Source of the DNA: an uncultured Alphaproteobacteria bacterium
GTDB taxonomy: Bacteria > Pseudomonadota > Alphaproteobacteria > CAAHEQ01 > UBA3637
Assembly (NCBI GenBank): GCA_944391735.1
Contig: CALXUR010000003.1
Coordinates: forward strand, 12,287 to 76,286
Length of the DNA: 64,000 bases
Direction: 5' to 3'
The notes under the pieces are model-generated. The model was not told where the DNA came from and searched no databases. It saw only the letters and a program-made list of their open reading frames with translations. Positions 37,479 through 46,073 of this stretch are shown in pieces. Both the position numbers and the translations under genes were made by a program. The first letter of the stretch is position 1. Every line of letters begins with the position of its first letter.

Positions 37479-37772
37479 GAAACACTTTATCCTATTTCCA
37501 AGACGGTTCGGGAGACGCGATTGACACCGACGAAGATATATGTGAATGCATTTATTTCGGAAAAAGAGTGTCGATTGCTAAAGAATACCGAGACCGTTTT
37601 GGAGTTTTCCTGTGAATACGACCATCCGTTCAGCGGGCATTTTTCGGATGTATTTTATCGGTATGTTATTGAAGGGGAGGAATCAAAATATACCAATTGT
37701 TTGATTGTTAGGTTGGAAATGCCCGGTGGAACAGCCTGGTTTTGTATTCACCGAGAAAAACCACAGGATTAA
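37389..37772 (+). CDS. Lipoprotein (127 aa), island-associated. Candidate immunity protein.
   Basis: MKYVFGIILGLFLVSCQTQEPVQFKNPIF lipobox. The N-terminal 30 aa are identical to 38919..39389. Convergent with the lysozyme-like toxin domain gene. Confidence 0.55.
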   Translation: MKYVFGIILGLFLVSCQTQEPVQFKNPIFYETLYPISKTVRETRLTPTKIYVNAFISEKECRLLKNTETVLEFSCEYDHPFSGHFSDVFYRYVIEGEESKYTNCLIVRLEMPGGTAWFCIHREKPQD

Positions 37773-37829
37773 GAATGTGATCGTTGCATATCGACTATTT
37801 GACTACTCGGCTGAAGATATATAGTGCAA

Positions 37830-38773
37830 CTATTTGTTTCTATATTTACAAGGAGAATAAAACCATCCATTGATTAATGGAATTTCCCGTAAAGTATTTC
37901 TGGCCCAATCATTGCGGGTTTTTCCGACCTGATATCTATTTACCTCGTTAATCATTTGAAAAACATTTTTTTTGTTAACGCCCTCAAAGAAAAAATGCCA
38001 TTTTTCAGAATTAAAATTGTGCCCCATATTATATTGCATGTCTAATAAAACCATTTGTAGCGTTCTGGGATATGTTTCAAATGCCGGAAATTTTGATTCT
38101 AATTCAGCTAAGTCATTTCCCAAATGTTCCATTGTTTTATCAATAATTGTGTGTTCGGATAGAGTTAGTTCTTGGGAATGATTTGTTACACGGAAGTCTT
38201 CTGAAGTATAATTTTTTCCAAATATTTTCTGTTTTTGAAAATCCAAGAGTCGTTTATATTCGCCTAGTTTTTGCTCGGTTGTAGCCTCTTTTCCTTGATA
38301 CATCCAGGGGAGTGATATAAAGGTTTTTTGATTCGGAATATATAACCCGCTGGCGGCTGTTATCTTTCCCAATGTATCCAAATAGGCATAATTGATTGAT
38401 CCTTCATGTTTTTTTAGATATGGCCAGTATGCTTGAATTAATTCATCATATTTTCGTTGTTTTTTTTAGATACAGTTTCTTTTTGAGAAAGTGTTTCTTT
38501 GTTAACTTTTTCCGCTTGGTTTTCTTGTTGAGCTTCTTTTTCGTCATGGTCACGGCCACAGGTGCGGTTATAGGCGTTGACGGGTTTGCCTTCGCGGCTA
38601 TGAGCGGGAACATGTATCATTTTTTGACAATGCCCCGATGTGTCGTGTCCGTTTTGAGAATTATCGCTGTTTCCGAACAGAAAAGCGAATAGATTTTGTC
38701 GGTTATTATTGACTTGGTTGTTTTCGTCGAGTGTCGGTACACCGATTGCATTTCCGATGGGTTCTGTTTCCAT
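37830..38773 (-). pseudogene. Toxin paralog split by a frameshift at a T8/A8 homopolymer: N-terminal conserved domain (38438..38773) and T4-lysozyme-like C-terminal domain (37830..38381)
   Basis: The N-domain ORF stops 20 codons after the A8 run. The downstream ORF frame is open from immediately after the run. Inserting one A fuses them. The C-terminal domain has LLDMQYNMG...NRYQVGKTRNDWARNTL, resembling the phage/T4 lysozyme (GH24) C-terminal lobe. Confidence 0.55.
38460..38467. repeat. T8 homopolymer (A8 on the coding strand) at the frameshift site
   Basis: gttg-TTTTTTTT-agat. A +1 slippage restores a roughly 310-aa open reading frame. Confidence 0.6.
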
Positions 38774-38918
38774 GATCTTTTTCCCTTCAATAAAAAAAAG
38801 CCTGCCGCAAGAGATTCCGGACAGGCATAAAAAAATCGGGATACACTTTTATTTTAAAAAACTTGTTTTTTACTTTTGAAATTGATAGAATTGTATAAAG
38901 GTTTAAAGAGGATATCTA

Positions 38919-39389
38919 ATGAAATATGTATTTGGAATTATTTTGGGATTGTTTTTGGTTTCTTGTCAAACACAAGAACCGGTTCAATTTAAAAATCCGA
39001 TTTTTAATAAAAAACTAGAAGCTATTTCCAAAATTCTTAATGATGTAAAAATAACTCCGACAGAAATTATAGATCTAAAGGATCCGGAGGTATTACCGGC
39101 AACGTGTGAGTTATTGTCCGATGAAGGATATCGTATTATTATGAAGTGTGTGCAGCCCTATCGAACAATACCGGTGCAAACGGTGTATTACCGTTTTACA
39201 AATATGGGAAAATATGAACCATTCTATTCGTCAGAAAAAAATCTGTGTGAAATTCATCAGGAGCAATGTGATGATATGGATTTTCAAAATTTTTACTCTT
39301 GGGGTGTTTTTGTCGTTCGATTAAACGATGGGGAGGATTGTGGTCCTCAGATGCCTGAAGACCAACTCCCCGAATGGTTGATCAGGTAA
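38919..39389 (+). CDS. Lipoprotein (156 aa), island-associated. Candidate immunity protein.
   Basis: Lipobox LVSC. The C-terminal roughly 90 aa (ATCELLSDEGYRIIMKCVQPYRTIPVQTVYYRFTNMGKYEPFYSSEKNLCEIHQEQCDDMDFQNFYSWGVFVVRLNDGEDCGPQ) are identical to 39445..39912. Confidence 0.55.
   Translation: MKYVFGIILGLFLVSCQTQEPVQFKNPIFNKKLEAISKILNDVKITPTEIIDLKDPEVLPATCELLSDEGYRIIMKCVQPYRTIPVQTVYYRFTNMGKYEPFYSSEKNLCEIHQEQCDDMDFQNFYSWGVFVVRLNDGEDCGPQMPEDQLPEWLIR
39081..39350. repeat. 270-bp direct repeat at near-100% identity. Second copy at 39610-39879.
   Basis: Identical from GATCCGGAGGTATTACCGGCAACGTGTGAG through GAGGATTGTGGTCCTCAG. It encodes the shared C-terminal part of the two lipoproteins. Confidence 0.6.
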
Positions 39390-39444
39390 ATGTTATCTTC
39401 TATTTTATGATTGAGGTAATTATATAAAGTTTTAAAGAGAGTAT

Positions 39445-39912
39445 TTGATGAAGCATGTGTTCGGGGTTATTTTGAGTGTGTTCTTGGTTGCTTGTCAAAC
39501 GCAAGAAGCGGTTCAATTTAAAAACCCGGTTTTTAATAGAAAGTTGGCATCAAATGTGAGTATGGATTACGATATTGTGATAACGCCGAGAATCATGGTC
39601 ACTTTAAATGATCCGGAGGTATTACCGGCAACGTGTGAGTTATTGTCCGATGAAGGATATCGTATTATTATGAAGTGTGTGCAGCCCTATCGAACAATAC
39701 CGGTGCAAACGGTGTATTACCGTTTTACAAATATGGGAAAATATGAACCATTCTATTCGTCAGAAAAAAATCTGTGTGAAATTCATCAGGAGCAATGTGA
39801 TGATATGGATTTTCAAAATTTTTACTCTTGGGGTGTTTTTGTCGTTCGATTAAACGATGGGGAGGATTGTGGTCCTCAGGCACCTAAGGACCAACTTCCC
39901 GAATGGTTTTGA
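39445..39912 (+). CDS. Lipoprotein (155 aa), tandem paralog of 38919..39389 with a divergent N-terminal third
   Basis: MMKHVFGVILSVFLVACQTQEAVQFKNPVF lipobox. The C-terminus is identical to the upstream paralog. Confidence 0.55.
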   Translation: MMKHVFGVILSVFLVACQTQEAVQFKNPVFNRKLASNVSMDYDIVITPRIMVTLNDPEVLPATCELLSDEGYRIIMKCVQPYRTIPVQTVYYRFTNMGKYEPFYSSEKNLCEIHQEQCDDMDFQNFYSWGVFVVRLNDGEDCGPQAPKDQLPEWF

Positions 39913-39936
39913 TTATACTATTTTTATTTTTTTGTT

Positions 39937-40251
39937 TTAAAGAGTAAAAGCTAAATATATATTCAACCCGATAAAATACAAAAGCGGATAACTTAATATT
40001 ATAACGGATTGCCACGGTTGTTGGTGATGACGCAGTCGTGCATACCATAAACAAAGGATAATCAGTATTGCTTCGGTTAAGTTGACTACAGTATAGTTAA
40101 GGGGATGATGATACATCCAACCTAAATTATCCGCTTGCCAGGGTATTTCCGGATTGGCAATATCTTGGAAACACCCGATAAAGAGAAAGCCTGTCAGAAA
40201 GATATTAAAAGCGGCAAGTAAAAAAAATAGAATGCGTTGAATATATTTCAT
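39937..40251 (-). CDS. Small polytopic membrane protein (104 aa). Candidate immunity protein directly downstream of the Tlde1-like toxin.
   Basis: Three predicted TM segments. Same strand as 40284..41024, 32 nt downstream. Confidence 0.45.
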   Translation of the reverse strand: MKYIQRILFFLLAAFNIFLTGFLFIGCFQDIANPEIPWQADNLGWMYHHPLNYTVVNLTEAILIILCLWYARLRHHQQPWQSVIILSYPLLYFIGLNIYLAFTL

Positions 40252-40283
40252 AATATTAATACTATCATCTTTTAAAAAAATGT

Positions 40284-41024
40284 CTAGTATTTAACTTGAA
40301 CAATAACATCATATCCATTATTTTGAAACCATTTTGCAAAATCAGCCATTGCCTTTGTTAGATCAATACATCCGGCAGAACCTGGCGTTAAGCCTCCATG
40401 AATAGAAAAATTATTTCTTCCATATAGATTAGTATCATTCGCTGGTGTTAACCAAATGCGTTGTTCTCCCCATGCAGCTGTTCCACCTCTCCACTGTCCG
40501 CCACCTATTGAAGACTTAAATTTTTGCCATGCTCCCAAATTTTCCCACTTTTGAAAATCGCTGATTTTTGCAACATAATTGTCTTCGGGAAGTGGACCAT
40601 AATTTTTTAAATCCTGATAATTTGGATGTTGAAAGCCCGGTCGTCCGGATACACCTTTCCATTCCTTAATAATTTCTCCATTTTCGTGCAGGGTAAGACT
40701 TTTACCATTAAAAGATAAATACTGCCCATTTTTTAGGTTTAATGGAGTATTCCATTGTGTATATGGATTATTTTTTTGTTGAGCCTCTTTTTCGTCGTGG
40801 TTACGGCCGCAGATGCGTTCATAGGCGTTGACGGGTTTGCCTTCGCGGCTATGAGCGGGAACATGTATCATTTTTTGACAATGCCCCGATGTGTCGTGTC
40901 CGTTTTGAGAATTGTCGCTGTTTCCGAACAGAAAAGCGAATAGATTTTGTTGACTGTTATTTCTCGGATTGTTTTCGTCGGGTGCTGGCACACCGATTGC
41001 ATTTCCGATGGATTGTGTTTCCAT
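40284..41024 (-). CDS. Polymorphic toxin-like protein: conserved His/Cys-rich N-terminal domain and Tlde1/DUF2778-like (YkuD L,D-transpeptidase-fold) C-terminal domain
   Basis: N-terminus METQSIGNAIGVPAPDENN...NGHDTSGHCQKMIHVPAHSREGKPVNAYERICGRNHDEKEAQQKN. C-terminus has ...GRPGFQHPNYQDLKNYGPLPEDNYV and FSIHGGLTPGSAGCIDL (His...SxGC catalytic motif of the YkuD/Tlde1 family). Confidence 0.6.
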   Translation of the reverse strand: METQSIGNAIGVPAPDENNPRNNSQQNLFAFLFGNSDNSQNGHDTSGHCQKMIHVPAHSREGKPVNAYERICGRNHDEKEAQQKNNPYTQWNTPLNLKNGQYLSFNGKSLTLHENGEIIKEWKGVSGRPGFQHPNYQDLKNYGPLPEDNYVAKISDFQKWENLGAWQKFKSSIGGGQWRGGTAAWGEQRIWLTPANDTNLYGRNNFSIHGGLTPGSAGCIDLTKAMADFAKWFQNNGYDVIVQVKY

Positions 41025-41242
41025 GGTCTTTTTCCTTTCAATAAAAAAGCCTGTCGGATCAGATTCCGAACAGGCATTAAAAAAATCGGGATACATTTAT
41101 CCCGATTAACTGAAAGATATCATATCATAAATCAGATTAAAAGTCAAGGAATATTTTCCTATAAATAGAAATATTTTCTTTATTGACTTTTGTCGGGAGG
41201 CGTGAAATACTGAACGAAAGTTGACGATGAAAGGAGAAGGTT

Positions 41243-41887
41243 ATGAAAAAAGTGTTGCTTGGAATCGGATGTTTATTGTTGGGGGCATGTTGTCATTCTT
41301 TACCGGGACAGTTACCGGAAGAGGTTGTATTTGAAAATGTGGATGAGGGGGCTCAGGTCGTTTATATGCCGACCTCGGGCGTTTGGACGCGGGGCGGTAT
41401 GGCGGACGATCGGATTGTTTGCACGCGTCATGTGTCATCCGGAACCGGCAGTTATTCGGAATACGTTTGTTCGGGGCAGCGTTTCGGTTTATCTTCAACA
41501 CAAGAATTTGTTTTGAAGGGCAGGCTTATCGGATACAGTGCGCATACGTTTAAATTTTATGAAACGGTTTTTCGGAACGGTTCTTTTGACACGCGGGAAT
41601 TAACGGTGTCGGCGGTTCAGGATTTGTTTCCCGACATGCGGATTGTGCCCGTATCCGATGTTAAAAAAGGCATTTTAACCGTTCGGCGGTGTGGCAGGGA
41701 TACGGAAGATGTTTTAATTGTGAATGATACGCCCGCCGATTTTTATCGTTATTCGTTTGATCCGCCGGTTAATGCCGGAACGCCGTTTAAATCCATTTTA
41801 ACCATGTCGGCACCTCAAACGGTTGTGCTGTCTCATTTTGATGAGGATACACCGGACTACCCGGCGTTAAGAATACGGATTCAATAA
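41243..41887 (+). CDS. Lipoprotein (214 aa), core-like GC. Divergent from the toxin leader copy R4.
   Basis: MKKVLLGIGCLLLGAC lipobox. Confidence 0.5.
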   Translation: MKKVLLGIGCLLLGACCHSLPGQLPEEVVFENVDEGAQVVYMPTSGVWTRGGMADDRIVCTRHVSSGTGSYSEYVCSGQRFGLSSTQEFVLKGRLIGYSAHTFKFYETVFRNGSFDTRELTVSAVQDLFPDMRIVPVSDVKKGILTVRRCGRDTEDVLIVNDTPADFYRYSFDPPVNAGTPFKSILTMSAPQTVVLSHFDEDTPDYPALRIRIQ

Positions 41888-41919
41888 AAGAGAGTCGGAG
41901 TTAGTTTTCGAGTATCGGA

Positions 41920-43035
41920 CTAAAGCGTGTCATCAGATGGAACGGGGTGGTATTGTCCGCCGGACAAAGGTTGGGAAACACCGGTTGTGTCCGGAAAGGT
42001 AATCGGCAGTTCCATTAGGGAGCGCACCGCCAAAAACGCGTATCCGGCGGCGTCCAGATTATAGTTCGGCATATCCGCTTCCGCAATGGTTTCCGTATTG
42101 TTGCCGAGGGCTTGCTTTAACCACAATACCAACGTCGGATTTAAGGTTCCGCCGCCCGTTAAAATCCATTTAACCGGTTTATCGGGCAAGAAAGCCTGAG
42201 CCCGAACGATACTTTGAACGATAAAAGCCGTCAACGTAGCCGCTCCATCGGCGGGCGAACACCCTTCGACCTGTTCCAAAAGAGGGGTGAAATCGTCTCG
42301 ATCCAAAGTTTTAGGAGGTGGTTGAAGAAGGTAAGGTGTTTTCAGTAAATAATCCAGCAATCTTTGATTGACAGTGCCTTTGGCGGCCCATTGTCCATCG
42401 AAATCCATATCCATGCCGGCATGGCGACGAAGCCAGCGATCCAGAAGCAGACATCCGACGCCGATATCAAAAGCGCGCAGTTCGCCCAACTGTCCGATGA
42501 ATGTGAGGGTTGAAATCCCGCTGAGCGATACAATGCACAGAGGCTTGGGTTGTGTTCGCGTGACAGCCTCCAGGAATGTCGGTAAGACGGGACCGCCCGT
42601 TCCGCCGGCTTTCAAGTCCGTTTGAATGAAACGGTCAATAACCGGAATCTGTAATTTTCGGGCAAGTGTATCGCTGTGTCCCAGGCTGATATCCAATCGA
42701 TCTGCGGTGTGGTGGCGCACGGAATGACCGGAATAACCGCAAATATCGATATGTGGAACATGCCGTGCTGTTTTATTAATCAATTCTTGCGCGACGGCAA
42801 GATGTTCCGCCGTGATACGGTCATCTAATGATTTTAACAGGTTCATGTCCGTGAAATCTTCGGGATATGACAGCTTTAAAATATCATCTCGTAATTCCGG
42901 CGAATAAGGGCGCGTTAGCGTCAGAGGTTCTTCCAAAATATCCAAGCCGTCCGTTTTCAAAATACAGGCGTCGATATAGACGGCGGATGAATCCGAATAA
43001 ATACCGAGAGCTGTTTCAGGTTCCAATGTTTTCAT
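41920..43035 (-). CDS. anmK: Anhydro-N-acetylmuramic acid kinase
   Basis: 371 aa ASKHA-fold sequence with AnmK blocks (DIGVGCLLLDRW, LTGGGT). Confidence 0.8.
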   Translation of the reverse strand: MKTLEPETALGIYSDSSAVYIDACILKTDGLDILEEPLTLTRPYSPELRDDILKLSYPEDFTDMNLLKSLDDRITAEHLAVAQELINKTARHVPHIDICGYSGHSVRHHTADRLDISLGHSDTLARKLQIPVIDRFIQTDLKAGGTGGPVLPTFLEAVTRTQPKPLCIVSLSGISTLTFIGQLGELRAFDIGVGCLLLDRWLRRHAGMDMDFDGQWAAKGTVNQRLLDYLLKTPYLLQPPPKTLDRDDFTPLLEQVEGCSPADGAATLTAFIVQSIVRAQAFLPDKPVKWILTGGGTLNPTLVLWLKQALGNNTETIAEADMPNYNLDAAGYAFLAVRSLMELPITFPDTTGVSQPLSGGQYHPVPSDDTL

Positions 43036-43038
43036 GTA

Positions 43039-43785
43039 TTATCCTTTGAATGGTGTTGGTAGTGTATCTTGAGCTTCTTCAATACGGTCATACAACTCAT
43101 CCAGAAAAGCGCGACGATGTAATCCCGGCTGAATTGGTTTTAAAAACCGCACGGTAACCGTTCCCGGATATTTGATAATTTTATTTTTGGGCCAGCAATA
43201 GCCACTGTTCAGGGCAACCGGAACAACGGGAACGTTGCATTGTTCATACAGGAACGCGACGCCGGGGCTATACGGTTTTTTTGTTCCCGGTTTTGTCCGA
43301 GTTCCTTCCGGGAAAATAATCAGATTCATGCCCTCTGCTAAATGTTTTTGAACACCGGCCAGCATTTTCCGCATTGTTTTCGCGCCGCCCTTTCGATCAA
43401 TGGGGATACACCCGACCTTTAAAAAATACAATCCCGCGAGAGGAATCAGCATCAGTTCGCGTTTCAAAACATAAAAAGTATTGGGGATGATGTGATGGAA
43501 AATGGTTGTTTCCAATGCCGACTGATGTTTGGAGGCCACGATATAGCCGTTTTCTTTCGGTAAATTTTCAAGGCCTTCAAACCGTATTTTGACACCACAG
43601 AAAAACCGCAATAACGCGTTGGCCAATCGTGTCCAGTAAATCGGAAAATACAAAGCAATGCGGCGCGGCATAAACAGTGTCGGAATCATCACGAAGAACA
43701 GAAACAGCGTGATGAGGTAAAAAACAAGTGTGAACAAAGCGGAACGTATCAGATTAATCATGAATAAAGCACCATATCCTTTCAA
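43039..43785 (-). CDS. plsC: 1-acyl-sn-glycerol-3-phosphate acyltransferase
   Basis: HQSALE (HxxxxD-type) and FPEGTRT motifs. Confidence 0.8.
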   Translation of the reverse strand: MKGYGALFMINLIRSALFTLVFYLITLFLFFVMIPTLFMPRRIALYFPIYWTRLANALLRFFCGVKIRFEGLENLPKENGYIVASKHQSALETTIFHHIIPNTFYVLKRELMLIPLAGLYFLKVGCIPIDRKGGAKTMRKMLAGVQKHLAEGMNLIIFPEGTRTKPGTKKPYSPGVAFLYEQCNVPVVPVALNSGYCWPKNKIIKYPGTVTVRFLKPIQPGLHRRAFLDELYDRIEEAQDTLPTPFKG

Positions 43786-44359
43786 TTAACTTTTGCAAAT
43801 GTGTCGCGATAAATTTGTGATATTCGACGAATAAAAGCCATGCGTAGCGCGTGCGTACCCATTCAACGGAATTATCAAACGATTTCGGAAAAACGGGCAG
43901 CGGGATGATTTTCAGATTCGGATTTTGGTTCAGAACTTCAAAAATACTGCGAGGCATGTGGTAAAAGCTGGTGACCAACAGGACGGATCGGATATTTTTG
44001 GTATGAATCCAATCCGCTGTTTCCCGTGCGTTGCCACGTGTATCCTCCGCCTCATATCCCAATGTGACATTTTCGGCTAATTCCTCCGGCAGGGAACGGA
44101 TTAAATCGGGGGGTTGCACCGCTTTGTTGACCCCGGAAATCAACAAATTTTTGGCATAATTTTCTTTTAACAGTTCCAACGCGGTGTTGATTCTGTCCCC
44201 GCCGCCGGTCAGAACAACGATGGCGTCTGTCGGTTCTGCCGGTGTAAAACGAAAACTGAGAGCATAAAGGCTGAACAAGCCGAATCCGATAATCCAAACG
44301 CTTAATCCGATGATAAAGACGTAGGAGGAAAGCAGGGGCGTCAGTTTCTTTTTCTTCAT
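43754..44359 (-). CDS. DUF218 / YdcF (ElyC)-like membrane-anchored protein
   Basis: VVLTGGGDR...LISG...TRGNARE...LLVTSFYHMPR pattern. Confidence 0.6.
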   Translation of the reverse strand: MKKKKLTPLLSSYVFIIGLSVWIIGFGLFSLYALSFRFTPAEPTDAIVVLTGGGDRINTALELLKENYAKNLLISGVNKAVQPPDLIRSLPEELAENVTLGYEAEDTRGNARETADWIHTKNIRSVLLVTSFYHMPRSIFEVLNQNPNLKIIPLPVFPKSFDNSVEWVRTRYAWLLFVEYHKFIATHLQKLIERIWCFIHD

Positions 44360-45249
44360 TACAGAAATCGTTTCAGATAGACCATAACCGTTTTAAAAGT
44401 TGTCAGAAAGGCCAGAACGGAAAGAGCAAAGGGAACACTTAATAAAACACCCCATTGCACCGCGGAGAGGGTTGGTTTCAGGATGAAATCAAAGGAGGCT
44501 CCCTGAATAAAAAATGACACGCCCGCCATAATCGGCAGTGTCAGGAAAAAACCGAACAAACTGCCCGTCAGTGTTAATTGAAAGCTGCGGCCGGCATATT
44601 GTTGCGTAACATATAGATCACCGGCCCCCATCATATGGACAAGCGCGATGACCGGTTCATGGACGGTCAGGCTGGTGCGGGTCGCATAGATAACCGTGAA
44701 TGCGGCCGTCAGTGTCAATAAGACAAGAATAAAGCCGATCAGTTTGATAATGCCGGAAGAAATACGTAACAACGGATTCAACCAAATACGATGACTATCC
44801 AACACGGCGGCCGGCACTTGGGCGGCCAGATCCGTTTTTATTTGAGCCACATCCAGATTGCCGTTCGGATCCACGGTGACATCAATTAATTTCGGTAAAG
44901 GTAATTCCGTTACGATTGCATTTTCCCCCAGCCAGGGTGTCATCAGGTCTCCCATTTGGCGATCGGATAAGACTGTCGCGCCCAAGATACCTTCACTGGA
45001 ACGCAAAATTGTCAGGGTTGTTTCAATTTCACGATCGACTTTTTCCCCGCGTGCGACGCCTGATTCGGTGTAAGTGGGAATTTGAACGGTCAAAGAGCCG
45101 GAAACGGTTCGTTGCCAACGTGTTACGGACGAATATGTTGTCATGCCGGCCGCCAAAATCAAAACAGCGATGAATGTCATCAGCATGCTCATCCACGGTA
45201 AAAACAGCCGCGCCGGATCGGTTGCAAAAAAGATATTTGATTTAGTCAT
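44359..45249 (-). CDS. ftsX: Cell division ABC transporter permease FtsX-like
   Basis: Four-TM FtsX topology. Overlaps ftsE. Confidence 0.8.
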   Translation of the reverse strand: MTKSNIFFATDPARLFLPWMSMLMTFIAVLILAAGMTTYSSVTRWQRTVSGSLTVQIPTYTESGVARGEKVDREIETTLTILRSSEGILGATVLSDRQMGDLMTPWLGENAIVTELPLPKLIDVTVDPNGNLDVAQIKTDLAAQVPAAVLDSHRIWLNPLLRISSGIIKLIGFILVLLTLTAAFTVIYATRTSLTVHEPVIALVHMMGAGDLYVTQQYAGRSFQLTLTGSLFGFFLTLPIMAGVSFFIQGASFDFILKPTLSAVQWGVLLSVPFALSVLAFLTTFKTVMVYLKRFL

Positions 45250-45988
45250 TGCCTGTCCCCCGATTAAATAGTTTTGAGGCCATGTCTTTATACTGGTTCG
45301 GTTGAATAACGCTTAACCGGCCTTTTTCCAAATGTAGCCGGGGAAAATTAAAGTGTTTGATCAGTCCTTCATTATGGGTGGCGATAACAACTGTTGTGCC
45401 CAGTTTATTAAGTTCCAGAAACAAATGTAGCAATCTTTTGGCCATAATGTCATCCACGTTTCCCGTCGGTTCGTCGGCCATCAAAAGCGTCGGTCGATTA
45501 ATAACGGCACGGGCGATGGCAACGCGTTGTTTTTCTCCGCCGGACAATTCGGGCGGATAGGCGCGCATTTGGTGTTCCAGGCCGACCCAAACCAACAGTT
45601 CCGAAACATGCCGCCGGATTTCCGATTCTTTGGCTCCGGCGATGCGTAGAGGAAGAGCCACGTTGTCAAACGCCGTCAAATGATCCAACAGGCGGAAATC
45701 CTGAAACACGACACCCATTTGCCGTCGGATGCGGGCTTTGGCCGCCCGTGTCAGCTCGTCAACGGCGTAACCGAACAGACGGACGCGTCCTTTTGTCGGA
45801 AGATGATAAAGATACAGCAGACTCAGCAAAGATGTTTTACCGGCACCGCTTTCACCCGTCATAAAATAGAACGAACCGGGATCCAGTGTGAACTGAATAT
45901 CTTTCAAAACCTCCGGTCCCGAATCGTATCGGAACGAAACGCCGTTAAATTCGGCGACGGGAGATGACAATTTATTTTGCGTGGCCAT
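45242..45988 (-). CDS. ftsE: Cell division ATP-binding protein FtsE
   Basis: Walker A GESGAGKTS, ABC signature LSGGEKQR and Walker B. Confidence 0.9.
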   Translation of the reverse strand: MATQNKLSSPVAEFNGVSFRYDSGPEVLKDIQFTLDPGSFYFMTGESGAGKTSLLSLLYLYHLPTKGRVRLFGYAVDELTRAAKARIRRQMGVVFQDFRLLDHLTAFDNVALPLRIAGAKESEIRRHVSELLVWVGLEHQMRAYPPELSGGEKQRVAIARAVINRPTLLMADEPTGNVDDIMAKRLLHLFLELNKLGTTVVIATHNEGLIKHFNFPRLHLEKGRLSVIQPNQYKDMASKLFNRGTGND

Positions 45989-46073
45989 TTTTAATCCTTA
46001 TCAAAATAGTTGTATCTTTTTTTGAAATCGTATATATTACATTTACACTATTTTTTTGAAAAGGGAAAGACAA

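Noticed and set aside
33537-41240. Possibility that the island repeats are a CRISPR array
   Set aside because: The repeats are 135-290 bp, irregularly spaced and protein-coding or promoter sequences. No short regularly spaced repeats and no cas genes are present.
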